DNA of 63,233 nt, filler included. It is 10 parts of 10 records of this genome, joined end to end, with 100 filler letters (N's around TTAATTAATTAA, not from the genome) between each part and the next. Parts side by side here need not be neighbours in the genome. Positions count along the whole stretch, not along the records: positions 1 to 5,738 come from SRR11831585_729; positions 5,839 to 8,676 come from SRR11831585_739; positions 8,777 to 32,989 come from SRR11831585_747; 7 more parts are not named here. One strand, given 5' to 3'. The notes beneath the pieces are model-generated. The model made no database searches. It was not told the DNA's origin and was given only the letters and a program-made list of their open reading frames with translations. The translations under genes and the position numbers were made by a program. Position 1 is the first letter of the stretch, and each line of letters begins with the position of its first letter. Positions 1-9,712 of the stretch are shown here, piece after piece.

Positions 1-25
1 TATTGGCTATCGGTTTATGCTTTGA
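1..25 (+). CDS. kdpE: 3' end of KdpE response regulator (partial)
   Basis: Positions 2-25 translate to IGYRFML*, the KdpE C-terminus, at the expected position upstream of speF. Confidence 0.8.
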
Positions 26-240
26 ATATTAATTTTAATACAGCCTGCCTTTTATTAATTAAAGCCGTAATAATAAATACGGCTTTTTATCTTAAACAAC
101 ACACAAAAATAACAATTCAATATTTTATATTACTGAGTAAAAAGCTCATCATTAAATAAATTAAGATTGATCATTTTTTATTGATCACCTTCACAGTTCA
201 ACCGTATTTCCTGGATAGAATATCTTCACCTTCATTCACA

Positions 241-498
241 TCAGGAAAGGTAAATTAAATGGAAAATAACAGCCGCACTATGCCCCATATAAGGCGGACA
301 ACTCATATTATGAAGTTTGCTCATCGCAATAGCTTCGACTTTCACTTCTTCAATGCCCGTTAGTCTACCGACTAAGGGCACTTCAGCGTACAGGTCTTCC
401 TGACTCTCTGTATTACAGGCATATGCCTGTATTCCGCAGTGCTCATTCTCTGTTAACCCTTGTATTATCAGCCACCTGACTGGTAAGGGTTTCTGCAT
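241..498 (-). CDS. ybfK: Dubious small ORF (annotated ybfK in K-12), antisense to speFL
   Basis: 85-aa ORF at the ybfK position; covers speFL on the opposite strand, so it may not be a real protein. Confidence 0.3.
   Translation of the reverse strand: MQKPLPVRWLIIQGLTENEHCGIQAYACNTESQEDLYAEVPLVGRLTGIEEVKVEAIAMSKLHNMSCPPYMGHSAAVIFHLIYLS
259..363 (+). CDS. speFL: SpeFL ornithine-sensing leader/arrest peptide, 34 aa (absent from the ORF track)
   Basis: ATG 259 to TAG 363 gives MENNSRTMPHIRRTTHIMKFAHRNSFDFHFFNAR, with the tandem rare Arg codons AGG CGG, directly upstream of speF. Confidence 0.95.
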   Translation: MENNSRTMPHIRRTTHIMKFAHRNSFDFHFFNAR

Positions 499-620
499 TC
501 TGAAAAAAGCAATCTACCTGATTTATTTATCAGCGGGGTAACTTTGCTTTTTTCCGGCACGATCGATTTCTCATTCGAGAAATTGAGGACCTGCTATTAC
601 CTAAAATAAAGAGATGAAAA

Positions 621-2819
621 ATGTACAAAATTAAAATTGCGGTTAGTGATTCTTGCCCGGACTGTTTTACCACGCAGCGAGAATGTATCTACATTAATGA
701 AAGTCGTAATATCGATGTGGCGGCAATAGTTTTATCGCTCAACGATGTTACATGCGGAAAACTCGATGAAATCGATGCCACGGGTTATGGCATCCCGGTA
801 TTTATTGCTACTGAAAATCAAGAACGTGTACCCGCAGAGTATTTGCCCCGTATTTCGGGTGTCTTTGAGAATTGCGAATCGCGACGAGAATTTTATGGTC
901 GCCAGTTAGAAACCGCTGCCAGCCATTATGAAACTCAACTGCGCCCACCTTTCTTCCGCGCACTGGTCGATTATGTCAATCAAGGTAACAGCGCGTTTGA
1001 TTGCCCTGGTCATCAGGGCGGCGAATTTTTCCGTCGCCATCCGGCGGGGAATCAGTTTGTGGAATACTTTGGTGAGGCGCTGTTCCGTGCCGACTTGTGC
1101 AACGCCGACGTAGCGATGGGCGATCTGCTGATTCACGAAGGCGCGCCATGCATTGCACAGCAACATGCGGCAAAAGTGTTTAATGCCGATAAAACCTACT
1201 TCGTTTTAAATGGCACTTCATCTTCTAACAAAGTGGTTTTAAACGCCCTGCTAACACCGGGTGATCTGGTGCTGTTTGATCGCAATAACCACAAATCTAA
1301 CCACCACGGAGCGTTGCTACAGGCTGGTGCAACACCGGTTTATCTGGAAACGGCACGTAACCCGTATGGCTTTATCGGTGGCATTGATGCGCACTGTTTT
1401 GAAGAAAGTTACCTGCGTGAGCTGATCGCGGAAGTCGCACCGCAGCGGGCAAAAGAGGCTCGTCCTTTCCGCCTCGCTGTGATTCAGTTAGGCACCTACG
1501 ACGGTACGATTTATAACGCCCGCCAAGTGGTGGATAAAATTGGTCATCTGTGTGACTACATCCTGTTTGACTCAGCATGGGTCGGCTATGAACAGTTTAT
1601 TCCGATGATGGCGGACTGTTCGCCGCTGTTGCTGGATCTTAATGAGAACGATCCGGGTATTCTGGTTACGCAATCTGTGCATAAACAACAGGCTGGTTTT
1701 TCTCAGACTTCACAAATTCATAAAAAAGACAGCCACATCAAAGGGCAACAGCGTTATGTACCGCACAAACGCATGAACAACGCCTTTATGATGCACGCCT
1801 CCACCAGCCCGTTCTATCCGCTGTTTGCCGCACTGAATATCAACGCCAAAATGCATGAAGGTGTCAGCGGTCGTAATATGTGGATGGATTGTGTGGTAAA
1901 TGGCATTAATGCCCGCAAACTGATCCTCGATAACTGTCAGCATATTCGTCCGTTCGTACCTGAACTGGTGGATGGTAAACCCTGGCAGTCGTATGAAACA
2001 GCGCAAATTGCGGTTGATCTGCGCTTCTTCCAGTTTGTACCAGGGGAACACTGGCATTCTTTTGAAGGCTATGCAGAGAATCAATACTTTGTCGATCCAT
2101 GCAAACTGTTGCTGACAACCCCAGGTATTGATGCACGTAACGGCGAATATGAAGCGTTCGGTGTACCCGCGACGATTCTTGCTAACTTCCTGCGCGAAAA
2201 TGGCGTAGTGCCGGAAAAATGCGATCTTAACTCCATCCTCTTCCTGCTGACTCCGGCAGAAGATATGGCCAAACTTCAGCAACTTGTTGCCCTGCTGGTA
2301 CGCTTCGAAAAACTGCTTGAGTCCGACGCGCCATTAGCAGAAGTGCTACCTTCCATCTACAAACAGCATGAAGAGCGCTACGCCGGTTATACCCTGCGTC
2401 AGTTGTGTCAGGAAATGCATGATTTGTATGCCCGCCACAACGTGAAACAACTGCAAAAAGAGATGTTCCGTAAGGAGCACTTCCCACGCGTCAGCATGAA
2501 TCCGCAAGAAGCCAACTACGCCTATTTACGCGGTGAAGTGGAACTGGTTCGTCTGCCGGATGCAGAAGGCCGTATCGCTGCCGAAGGTGCGCTTCCTTAT
2601 CCTCCGGGTGTGCTGTGTGTTGTTCCGGGTGAAATCTGGGGTGGTGCTGTTCTGCGTTACTTCAGCGCTCTGGAAGAAGGGATCAACCTGCTGCCAGGTT
2701 TTGCACCGGAGCTGCAGGGTGTCTATATCGAAGAACATGATGGTCGTAAGCAAGTTTGGTGCTATGTCATCAAGCCTCGTGATGCGCAAAGCACCCTGTT
2801 GAAAGGGGAAAAATTATGA
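621..2819 (+). CDS. speF: Inducible ornithine decarboxylase
   Basis: 732 aa; PLP-lysine motif QSVHKQ, CPGHQGG; followed by potE. Confidence 0.98.
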   Translation: MYKIKIAVSDSCPDCFTTQRECIYINESRNIDVAAIVLSLNDVTCGKLDEIDATGYGIPVFIATENQERVPAEYLPRISGVFENCESRREFYGRQLETAASHYETQLRPPFFRALVDYVNQGNSAFDCPGHQGGEFFRRHPAGNQFVEYFGEALFRADLCNADVAMGDLLIHEGAPCIAQQHAAKVFNADKTYFVLNGTSSSNKVVLNALLTPGDLVLFDRNNHKSNHHGALLQAGATPVYLETARNPYGFIGGIDAHCFEESYLRELIAEVAPQRAKEARPFRLAVIQLGTYDGTIYNARQVVDKIGHLCDYILFDSAWVGYEQFIPMMADCSPLLLDLNENDPGILVTQSVHKQQAGFSQTSQIHKKDSHIKGQQRYVPHKRMNNAFMMHASTSPFYPLFAALNINAKMHEGVSGRNMWMDCVVNGINARKLILDNCQHIRPFVPELVDGKPWQSYETAQIAVDLRFFQFVPGEHWHSFEGYAENQYFVDPCKLLLTTPGIDARNGEYEAFGVPATILANFLRENGVVPEKCDLNSILFLLTPAEDMAKLQQLVALLVRFEKLLESDAPLAEVLPSIYKQHEERYAGYTLRQLCQEMHDLYARHNVKQLQKEMFRKEHFPRVSMNPQEANYAYLRGEVELVRLPDAEGRIAAEGALPYPPGVLCVVPGEIWGGAVLRYFSALEEGINLLPGFAPELQGVYIEEHDGRKQVWCYVIKPRDAQSTLLKGEKL

Positions 2820-4135
2820 GTCAGGCTAAATCGAACAAAATGGGCGTCGTTCAGTTAACCATACTGACGATGGTCAACATGATGGGCTCCGGTATCATCA
2901 TGCTGCCGACAAAGCTTGCCGAAGTCGGGACAATCTCAATTATCTCCTGGCTGGTGACAGCCGTAGGCTCAATGGCACTGGCATGGGCATTCGCAAAATG
3001 CGGTATGTTCAGCCGTAAATCAGGCGGTATGGGCGGTTATGCCGAGTATGCTTTCGGTAAATCCGGTAACTTTATGGCGAACTATACCTACGGCGTCTCA
3101 CTGCTGATTGCTAACGTCGCGATTGCTATTTCGGCGGTTGGTTACGGCACCGAACTGCTCGGCGCGAGTTTGTCGCCAGTGCAGATTGGTCTTGCGACCA
3201 TCGGGGTGCTGTGGATTTGTACCGTGGCTAACTTTGGTGGTGCGCGCATTACCGGGCAAATCAGTAGCATTACCGTGTGGGGGGTCATTATTCCGGTCGT
3301 CGGTCTGTGCATTATTGGCTGGTTCTGGTTTAGCCCGACGCTGTACGTTGATTCCTGGAATCCGCATCATGCACCGTTCTTCAGTGCGGTAGGTTCTTCC
3401 ATCGCTATGACGCTGTGGGCTTTTCTTGGTCTGGAGTCTGCGTGTGCGAATACTGATGTAGTGGAAAACCCGGAACGTAATGTGCCAATCGCGGTACTCG
3501 GCGGTACGTTAGGTGCGGCGGTGATTTATATCGTCTCCACCAACGTGATTGCCGGGATTGTGCCAAATATGGAGCTGGCAAATTCAACGGCACCATTTGG
3601 TCTGGCCTTCGCGCAGATGTTCACGCCGGAAGTGGGTAAAGTCATTATGGCGCTGATGGTGATGTCCTGCTGCGGTTCGCTACTTGGCTGGCAGTTCACC
3701 ATTGCCCAGGTGTTTAAATCTTCATCTGATGAAGGCTACTTCCCTAAAATTTTCTCCCGTGTAACCAAAGTGGATGCACCGGTGCAGGGAATGTTGACCA
3801 TTGTGATTATTCAGAGTGGATTGGCACTGATGACCATTAGCCCGTCGCTAAACAGTCAGTTCAACGTGCTGGTTAACCTGGCCGTGGTGACCAATATCAT
3901 TCCGTATATTCTGTCAATGGCGGCATTAGTCATTATTCAGAAGGTCGCTAATGTGCCCCCCTCAAAAGCGAAAGTTGCAAACTTTGTTGCTTTTGTTGGC
4001 GCGATGTATAGCTTTTATGCGCTGTACTCATCCGGGGAAGAAGCCATGCTGTACGGTTCCATCGTGACCTTCCTTGGTTGGACACTGTATGGTCTGGTAT
4101 CACCACGCTTTGAACTGAAAAATAAACACGGTTAA
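2816..4135 (+). CDS. potE: Putrescine/ornithine antiporter
   Basis: 439-aa APC transporter with GSGI motif; overlaps the speF stop. Confidence 0.98.
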   Translation: MSQAKSNKMGVVQLTILTMVNMMGSGIIMLPTKLAEVGTISIISWLVTAVGSMALAWAFAKCGMFSRKSGGMGGYAEYAFGKSGNFMANYTYGVSLLIANVAIAISAVGYGTELLGASLSPVQIGLATIGVLWICTVANFGGARITGQISSITVWGVIIPVVGLCIIGWFWFSPTLYVDSWNPHHAPFFSAVGSSIAMTLWAFLGLESACANTDVVENPERNVPIAVLGGTLGAAVIYIVSTNVIAGIVPNMELANSTAPFGLAFAQMFTPEVGKVIMALMVMSCCGSLLGWQFTIAQVFKSSSDEGYFPKIFSRVTKVDAPVQGMLTIVIIQSGLALMTISPSLNSQFNVLVNLAVVTNIIPYILSMAALVIIQKVANVPPSKAKVANFVAFVGAMYSFYALYSSGEEAMLYGSIVTFLGWTLYGLVSPRFELKNKHG

Positions 4136-4148
4136 TAAAACAAAGTAA

Positions 4149-4176
4149 AAAAGGGCGATTGAATGATCGCCCTTTC
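4149..4176 (+). terminator. Intrinsic terminator after potE
   Basis: AAAGGGCGAT-tgaatg-ATCGCCCTTT hairpin followed by a T-rich tract. Confidence 0.75.
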
Positions 4177-4219
4177 TGTTTGTTGGCAAATAGTTCGTTA
4201 TTTATGCCGCATCCGGCAG

Positions 4220-4360
4220 ATGTAGGGTCTAAACGCGATCGAACACAGCAACTATTTGCGTAATTATATGGGGCATCTGCGACAAAAACTGGAACAGGAT
4301 CCGGCCCGGCCTCGCCATTTTATTACTGAAACCGGTATTGGGTATCGGTTTATGCTTTGA
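4220..4360 (+). pseudogene. ybfI: Degenerate duplicate of the kdpE 3' end
   Basis: 4241-4360 reads EHSNYLRNYMGHLRQKLEQDPARPRHFITETGIGYRFML*; no start codon; TAG in place of an upstream Trp; half-REP at 4204-4217. Confidence 0.85.
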
Positions 4361-4483
4361 AAAAAGTGGCAATGTATGGATAAAGTCATTTTTTATTCAA
4401 ATATAAGGAACTTAATATTTAAAAAATGTTCCATACAATTCCTCATCATAAATGACACCGTAGCACACAAGGAGCAAGTAGCG

Positions 4484-5134
4484 ATGCGTGAAATGAATCA
4501 GTTAGTAAATACTGAAGATTCAGCCTGGCCAATAATCCAGAACTGGTTAAAAGACGCCACAAACCATACCGAACTCTTACCGGTTAATAAAGATTTAGCC
4601 GAAACCGCACTTTATCAATTACAGGTGACAACAAAATCACCGATGGGTGCGCTTGTCTATGGCTCCGGAGGTCTGCTGATTGATAATGGTTAGTTACGCA
4701 TAGCAGGATCTGGTCACCCCCGGTTGCCACGAGATCCAGTAAGTTGGACACAACGCCCTGAATTCGCAGGCGTGCGGGCTTTACCCATCGCTGACGATGT
4801 CGCAGGGGTAATTTTTGCTCTTAATGGTGGCGATCTTGGGGAAGATACTGGCTGCGTTTATTATTTTGCGCCAGATACGCTGAATTGGGAAAGTCTGGAA
4901 GTTGGATATTCTGAGTTTCTTCAGTGGGCATTATCCGGTGATTTAGATACCTTCTATGAAAATGTACGATGGCAGCAATGGCGAGAAGACGTAATAAAAT
5001 TATCGGCAACGGAAGCCTTCACGTTCTACCCTTTCTTATGGGTACAAAGTGAAGAAGCAAGAACAAGAAAAGTTATTTCGCTTACTGAACTCTGGGAAAT
5101 GCAGTATCAAATGAAAGAAACATTCACGCAATAA
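4484..5134 (+). pseudogene. ybfG: DUF2625-like gene split by an in-frame amber stop
   Basis: ATG 4484 MREMNQL...LIDNG, TAG 4691-4693, then LRIAGSGHPRLPRD... in the same frame to 5134. Confidence 0.85.
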
Positions 5135-5174
5135 GACATGTTCAGGTCCGGGTTTCATTCCCGGACTCACTATT

Positions 5175-5669
5175 TTAATGTGTATTTATCGCTTTCAATT
5201 CTTGCTGGCAATTTTCTGACTGGCAGCGTCGTAACTCAATAATCCCGACATGCATCATCGAGCCAAAAAATCCGCTTTCGCTGACATAATCCTCATTGAC
5301 TATCGGTCGAGTGCCGGGCTTGCCCTGGCAAACCCGCATAAAAAATGAGGTGTAGCATTGCCAACCGGGATTTAAACCGACCTTTTCTTGTGCTGACATA
5401 TTATGAAGATAAGTAAGTTCTTTTTCGTTCCCGCCTGACAACTGCCAGCGGCGGGTATTATCAGGTAAGTTATCACCACGGCAATTTGTCTTACACCGGA
5501 AAGGTGCAATATTTACCGCAATGCTACCCGTTAATCCTCTGGTTTTATCTTTAGGGGTCAGTAACCAGTCGCCAGCTAATGATGATTGTTCAGGTTGGGC
5601 GCATGCAGTCAGCAGTAATGTGGCGGTAATTAGTGACACTATGACGACCAGACTCCTGTTGGTCTTCAT
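5175..5669 (-). CDS. ybfP: Lipoprotein YbfP
   Basis: 164 aa with lipobox LTAC; expected gene order. Confidence 0.9.
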   Translation of the reverse strand: MKTNRSLVVIVSLITATLLLTACAQPEQSSLAGDWLLTPKDKTRGLTGSIAVNIAPFRCKTNCRGDNLPDNTRRWQLSGGNEKELTYLHNMSAQEKVGLNPGWQCYTSFFMRVCQGKPGTRPIVNEDYVSESGFFGSMMHVGIIELRRCQSENCQQELKAINTH

Positions 5670-5717
5670 TGGGATTTCCTTGAGCTACTCAGTTTGTTGA
5701 CAAAGTGTTCGTTGTTT

Positions 5718-5738
5718 TTGCCGGATGCGGCGTGAACG
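5718..5738 (+). repeat. REP element, cut by the contig end
   Basis: TTGCCGGATGCGGCGTGAACG matches the REP consensus. Confidence 0.85.
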
Positions 5739-5838
5739 NNNNNNNNNNNNNNNNNNNNNNNNNNNNNNNNNNNNNNNNNNNNTTAATTAATTAANNNNNN
5801 NNNNNNNNNNNNNNNNNNNNNNNNNNNNNNNNNNNNNN
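5739..5838. other. Artificial contig linker 1
   Basis: 44N-TTAATTAATTAA-44N. Confidence 0.99.
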
Positions 5839-6963
5839 TGTGGTTGTGGTGGATGTGGTTGTGAGAGCGCAGTGCCTCACGGGCACGTGTGTGTTTTGCA
5901 TGTGAGTTTCTATGCTAATTTGCGTGTGTGTGTTTGTGGTTGTGTGTGCGCGTGTGGTTATTGTTATTTCATTTCAGTTTCTGATATTTGTATGCCAGCC
6001 GCGCTCACCGCTGCTTTTATCCTACGATGTATCCGTTGATTATTGTGTTATTTTTGTATGTATGTGTGCGTCTTGTTTTGCACCAGTGTATGTTGCTGAT
6101 TTGTATGTGTATACGGTGCGATTGTCTCGGTGTTCTTATGGAACGTTCTCAGACAATTGGTTTGTGCTGTGTGCTACACTTGCCGCACATTTGGTTTCCG
6201 AGATTTATTATTGACATGTACCATGGGTACCGAAAGATGTTCTGGTGCATTCTACGAAATTACATACGCGTACGTATATAGAGTCAGATAGAGAGAGACT
6301 ATTGTGAGACTTTCACAATGAATACAGTTCTAGGTATGTATCGAGACCCGTTTGCTAAGTCGCAGCCCCAGTCGTAGTAACACACAGTGGAAAATCTACT
6401 AATACATACATATACTGTATATAAAGATACCGTACCGTACCGTATATACCAATATGCTTACTCCGAAATTGCTTACGTACGGATATAGCGAGATAGGCAG
6501 AGATATAACTGTCAGGTACGTCGCTTACCTCACAAGGCTCGGTATATGGTGTTGTTCACCCACGTGCTCCTACGTACATTATACTAGCTAGTCAACTCAC
6601 ATGCAGAGCACATATAGTCCCCTTCCTTGTGCCGTCCCGGAAATAGTTCCAATAAAAACACTCCGTACCGTACCATGTACCGGATACATATCAATCGCAG
6701 CAGTTGGTGGTATGGGCAGGAGGTAAGGAGTGCATGTGTGTGTGCGTGTGTGTGTTTTGGTCGTACACCCATATTATGTACAAGGACCTACAGGGTATGA
6801 CGGTCATGGAGATCATACGCAAACCATCAGTTCAGTTCCCTAGTACAGTCAGATAATTGATCGAATTCGGTGCTACCTCAGCAAACGGTTGCGCGTTCGC
6901 AGTGAGTAATTTTTGGTTGAACGCTAGTTGTGCGTGTGTGTGAATTATCTGCGTTTATATACA

Positions 6964-7247
6964 ATGACAAGCAAATATACAGTGGAAGCCAAAGTACCAC
7001 CGGAACTGCCCGCCATTCTGAAGGATCTGTCACGCGAAGTTTTGCGCGAGCAGCCCACCAATATCTATGCGTTCTGTGCCCAATATTTCCGCAACTTGAA
7101 GGAGAGTGAGCAAGGAAAAGCGGTAGGTTCCATTGGCGTTGGGCCCTTGTGTTGCATTGTTGTGCTTTCATCAATTTCATGTCTTTGCTAACTATCTCAT
7201 GCGTATTGTAGCCATCAAGTGACACAACCGAAAAGGGACACAGTTAA
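6964..7247 (+). CDS. Eukaryotic RIIa (PKA-R dimerization/docking) domain microprotein, 64 aa; exons 6964-7122 and 7212-7247
   Basis: MTSKYTVEAKVPPELPAILKDLSREVLREQPTNIYAFCAQYF fits the RIIa motif; donor GTAGGT 7123, branch CTAAC ~7188, acceptor TAG 7211; AATAAA at 7284. Confidence 0.75.
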
Positions 7248-7294
7248 GATGCGACTTGGAGATGTTTCATGGTTTATTTGTACAATAAAGCAAC

Positions 7295-7860
7295 TCAGTT
7301 GGCATTTGCAAGGAACTTGCGTATTCGCGCGAGAAGATCCGCTTTCACTGTATCCGGAACAGTGGCTGAAGAGAACAAACGCATACACAAACGCGTAATG
7401 TGAGACGACAGAATCGACCACTCACGACGCACATACCGCGCCCTCTTGGTGTGATCTCTGCAACCAAATCATCTACAGTCACATGCTCCAACCCCTTCGT
7501 CTTGATAACTTCTGCACTCATACGCACAGACACAAGCATCAGCGATTCGCTCACTCACGCACGCCCGCTCGCAAACACACACCCTTGCAATATTGCCGCA
7601 TTTCATCCCTCCATCCACACTCAGTAAGCTTCTGTCGTAGCATATCTTTCAACCTGTGCAGGGGCGTCGCACGGTCACCCATTGATCACGGGACGAATCT
7701 GCCGCAACGTACCTGTCTTTTTCTCCCGACTCAATAAGTTTCTGATTAATTGTGGCGCGTACTTGCGCATCCTTCAGCTTCCGTTCATCGACACCGCTAC
7801 AACAAACACGATTACAATTCATGATGATTCCAATTCAGAAATTATTTCATACTCAGGCAT
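7295..7860 (-). CDS. ENY2: ENY2/Sus1 (SAGA-DUB/TREX-2 subunit), 102 aa; exons 7860-7853, 7796-7713, 7653-7583, 7511-7437, 7365-7295
   Basis: Spliced product [102 protein letters not shown]; four GT-AG introns with consistent phases. Confidence 0.93.
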
Positions 7861-8195
7861 ATTCTGTTGCTCTGATCTGTCCACTAAAACTTCACTACTA
7901 AAGTTGTCTTTTGCACCCTTTACAACATGCATCAAAGGAGTGTGTGAGATTTTTGGCTCCCTACGTGAAGCGGCGTACGCCCAACAATTCAAATTTCGAC
8001 CCAAAAACATTTGCGAGCCACACGTCGTCTCGCGCGCTCCTCGAGCAGATCGCATCAAAAGGACCGCGGCCGCGTGCCACAGGTTACTTTTCTTTTGCGC
8101 GAGGGATCTGTTGCGTTTGTGTTGCTTTTCCATACGTGGGGGCCCGTCTCTCAGAAAGAGCACTTTCATCTGCGGTGTGCGATAAACACAGTGAT

Positions 8196-8444
8196 ATGTC
8201 GCATCCACCGCGGTCTGCTCCTTCTCCGTCCCCCATGCGCCCATCCACTCCATCACGACGCATGGGCGCAACCTCTGATGTATGCGTTGCTGTTGTTGAT
8301 CAATCAATATCCGTGGCTGATAGGAGTGTATGTAAGGTTGCGTTGCCGGTGTATTCAAGCAAAGAGAACATTCAAGTTATGATTCGTCTTCGCCCTTTGC
8401 TTTCACGTGAGCAGGGGAAGGGTCGTGCTGTTGAATCGGATGCG
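8196..8444 (+). CDS. 5' fragment of a kinesin-family motor (spliced, truncated by the contig end)
   Basis: KENIQVMIRLRPL matches the first strand of the kinesin motor (ENIxVxxRxRP); donor GTACGC at 8445; probable intron from GTATGC at 8280. Confidence 0.6.
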
Positions 8445-8464
8445 GTACGCTGTTGTGTGTGTTC

Positions 8465-8530
8465 GTGTTGTTTGGTTGTTTGATTGTTGTTCTTGTTGTT
8501 ATTGTTGCTGCTGTTGTTGGAGTTGTTGTT
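8465..8530. repeat. Imperfect (GTT)n microsatellite, intronic
   Basis: gttgttcttgttgttattgttgctgctgttgttggagttgttgtt. Confidence 0.7.
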
Positions 8531-8676
8531 CAGTTTGTGCATTGTTGTACTATGGTACGACCATTCCTTGCTGACACTTCCCGTTGTCTTGTTACTGTGT
8601 CTCTCTCTGTCTTTGTGTTCCACTTCATCTTATGATTCACTCTGGTCTCCGTTCTCTCAGTCGTACACGCACACAC

Positions 8677-8776
8677 NNNNNNNNNNNNNNNNNNNNNNNN
8701 NNNNNNNNNNNNNNNNNNNNTTAATTAATTAANNNNNNNNNNNNNNNNNNNNNNNNNNNNNNNNNNNNNNNNNNNN
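8677..8776. other. Artificial contig linker 2
   Basis: 44N-TTAATTAATTAA-44N. Confidence 0.99.
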
Positions 8777-8884
8777 CGTAGTTTTCGTCGTTTGCGACTA
8801 TTTTTTGCGGCTTTTTACGAGGCCAACCGCCCCTCGGCATGCACCTTGGGTTTCGCAAATCCCGTCGAATCCAGAATCAGCCCC
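8777..8884 (-). ncRNA. ssrA: tmRNA, 5' portion (truncated)
   Basis: Minus strand GGGGCTGATTCTGGATTCGACGGG...GCAAACGACGAAAACTACG, the start of the ANDENY tag; downstream of smpB. Confidence 0.97.
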
Positions 8885-9098
8885 AATGTGTAAAGGTAAG
8901 TATACCAGATTTATGAGCGCCATGACCAGCCTCAATGGCGTTATCGTTAAAGATTTAGCACCCATGTAGCCTGATTTTTATTCGATTAAGCAATGGGATG
9001 GCAACATTTGTGTCGGATGTGATAGCCAATAAGATGTTCATTCGCGCCGCCGGAGAGGGAGGCGCGGTGAGGAACTGGTCAATAATTGGAGTGCAGGT

Positions 9099-9581
9099 TT
9101 AACGGTGGGCGTTTTTCATGATACGTGCTTTATCCACCTGCCATTCGCGCTCTTTGATATCTGAACGTTTATCGTGCTGTTTCTTACCTTTGGCGACGCC
9201 GATTTTCACTTTGCACCAGGCATTTTTCCAGTACAGGGAGAGCGCCACTACGGTATAGCCTTCTCGATTGACGCGACCGTACAATGAGTCCAGTTCGCGC
9301 TGGTTGAGAAGTAACTTGCGGGTACGGGTAGGATCGCACACCACATGCGTGGAGGCCACGGCCATTGGCGTGATGTTAGCGCCAAACAGAAATGCCTCTC
9401 CGTCACGCAGAAGGACGTAGCTGTCGCTGATATTGGCTTTTCCTGCGCGCAGGGATTTAACTTCCCAGCCTTGCAGGGCAAGTCCCGCTTCGAACTCTTC
9501 TTCGATAAAGTATTCGTGACGGGCGCGCTTGTTAAGCGCGATGGTCGCTGAACCAGGTTTATGTGCTTTTTTCTTCGTCAT
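9099..9581 (-). CDS. smpB: SsrA-binding protein
   Basis: 160 aa; NKRARHEY and KGKKQHDKR motifs. Confidence 0.98.
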
Positions 9582-9712
9582 AAGCGTCGTGAATCATCGG
9601 TAATCTGAAATCGAAAACACCCCATATCAATCCTGCGGGGGACAAGGCTCTATCTTAGCATGAACCCGATGTTACCCAGCGCCGGGATAGCGTTTTTTTT
9701 ACAGCAGGATAA

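Noticed and set aside
6413..6432. TACTGTATATAAAG resembling a LexA box
   Set aside because: The CAG half-site is missing and the contig is eukaryotic.
5912..6772. Cys/Val-rich and His/Thr-rich ORFs here and throughout 48895-59769
   Set aside because: They are translations of (TG)n/(CA)n intronic or intergenic microsatellites; the real coding exons are in other frames.
6900..6930. AATTTTTGG resembling an Sm site (snRNA or spliced-leader RNA)
   Set aside because: No recognisable U1, U2, U4 or U5 core nearby; it lies just upstream of the RIIa ATG.
5669..9099. Eukaryotic genes apparently inserted beside ssrA, as an HGT island at a known integration hotspot
   Set aside because: Both sides are artificial linkers, so there is no physical junction.
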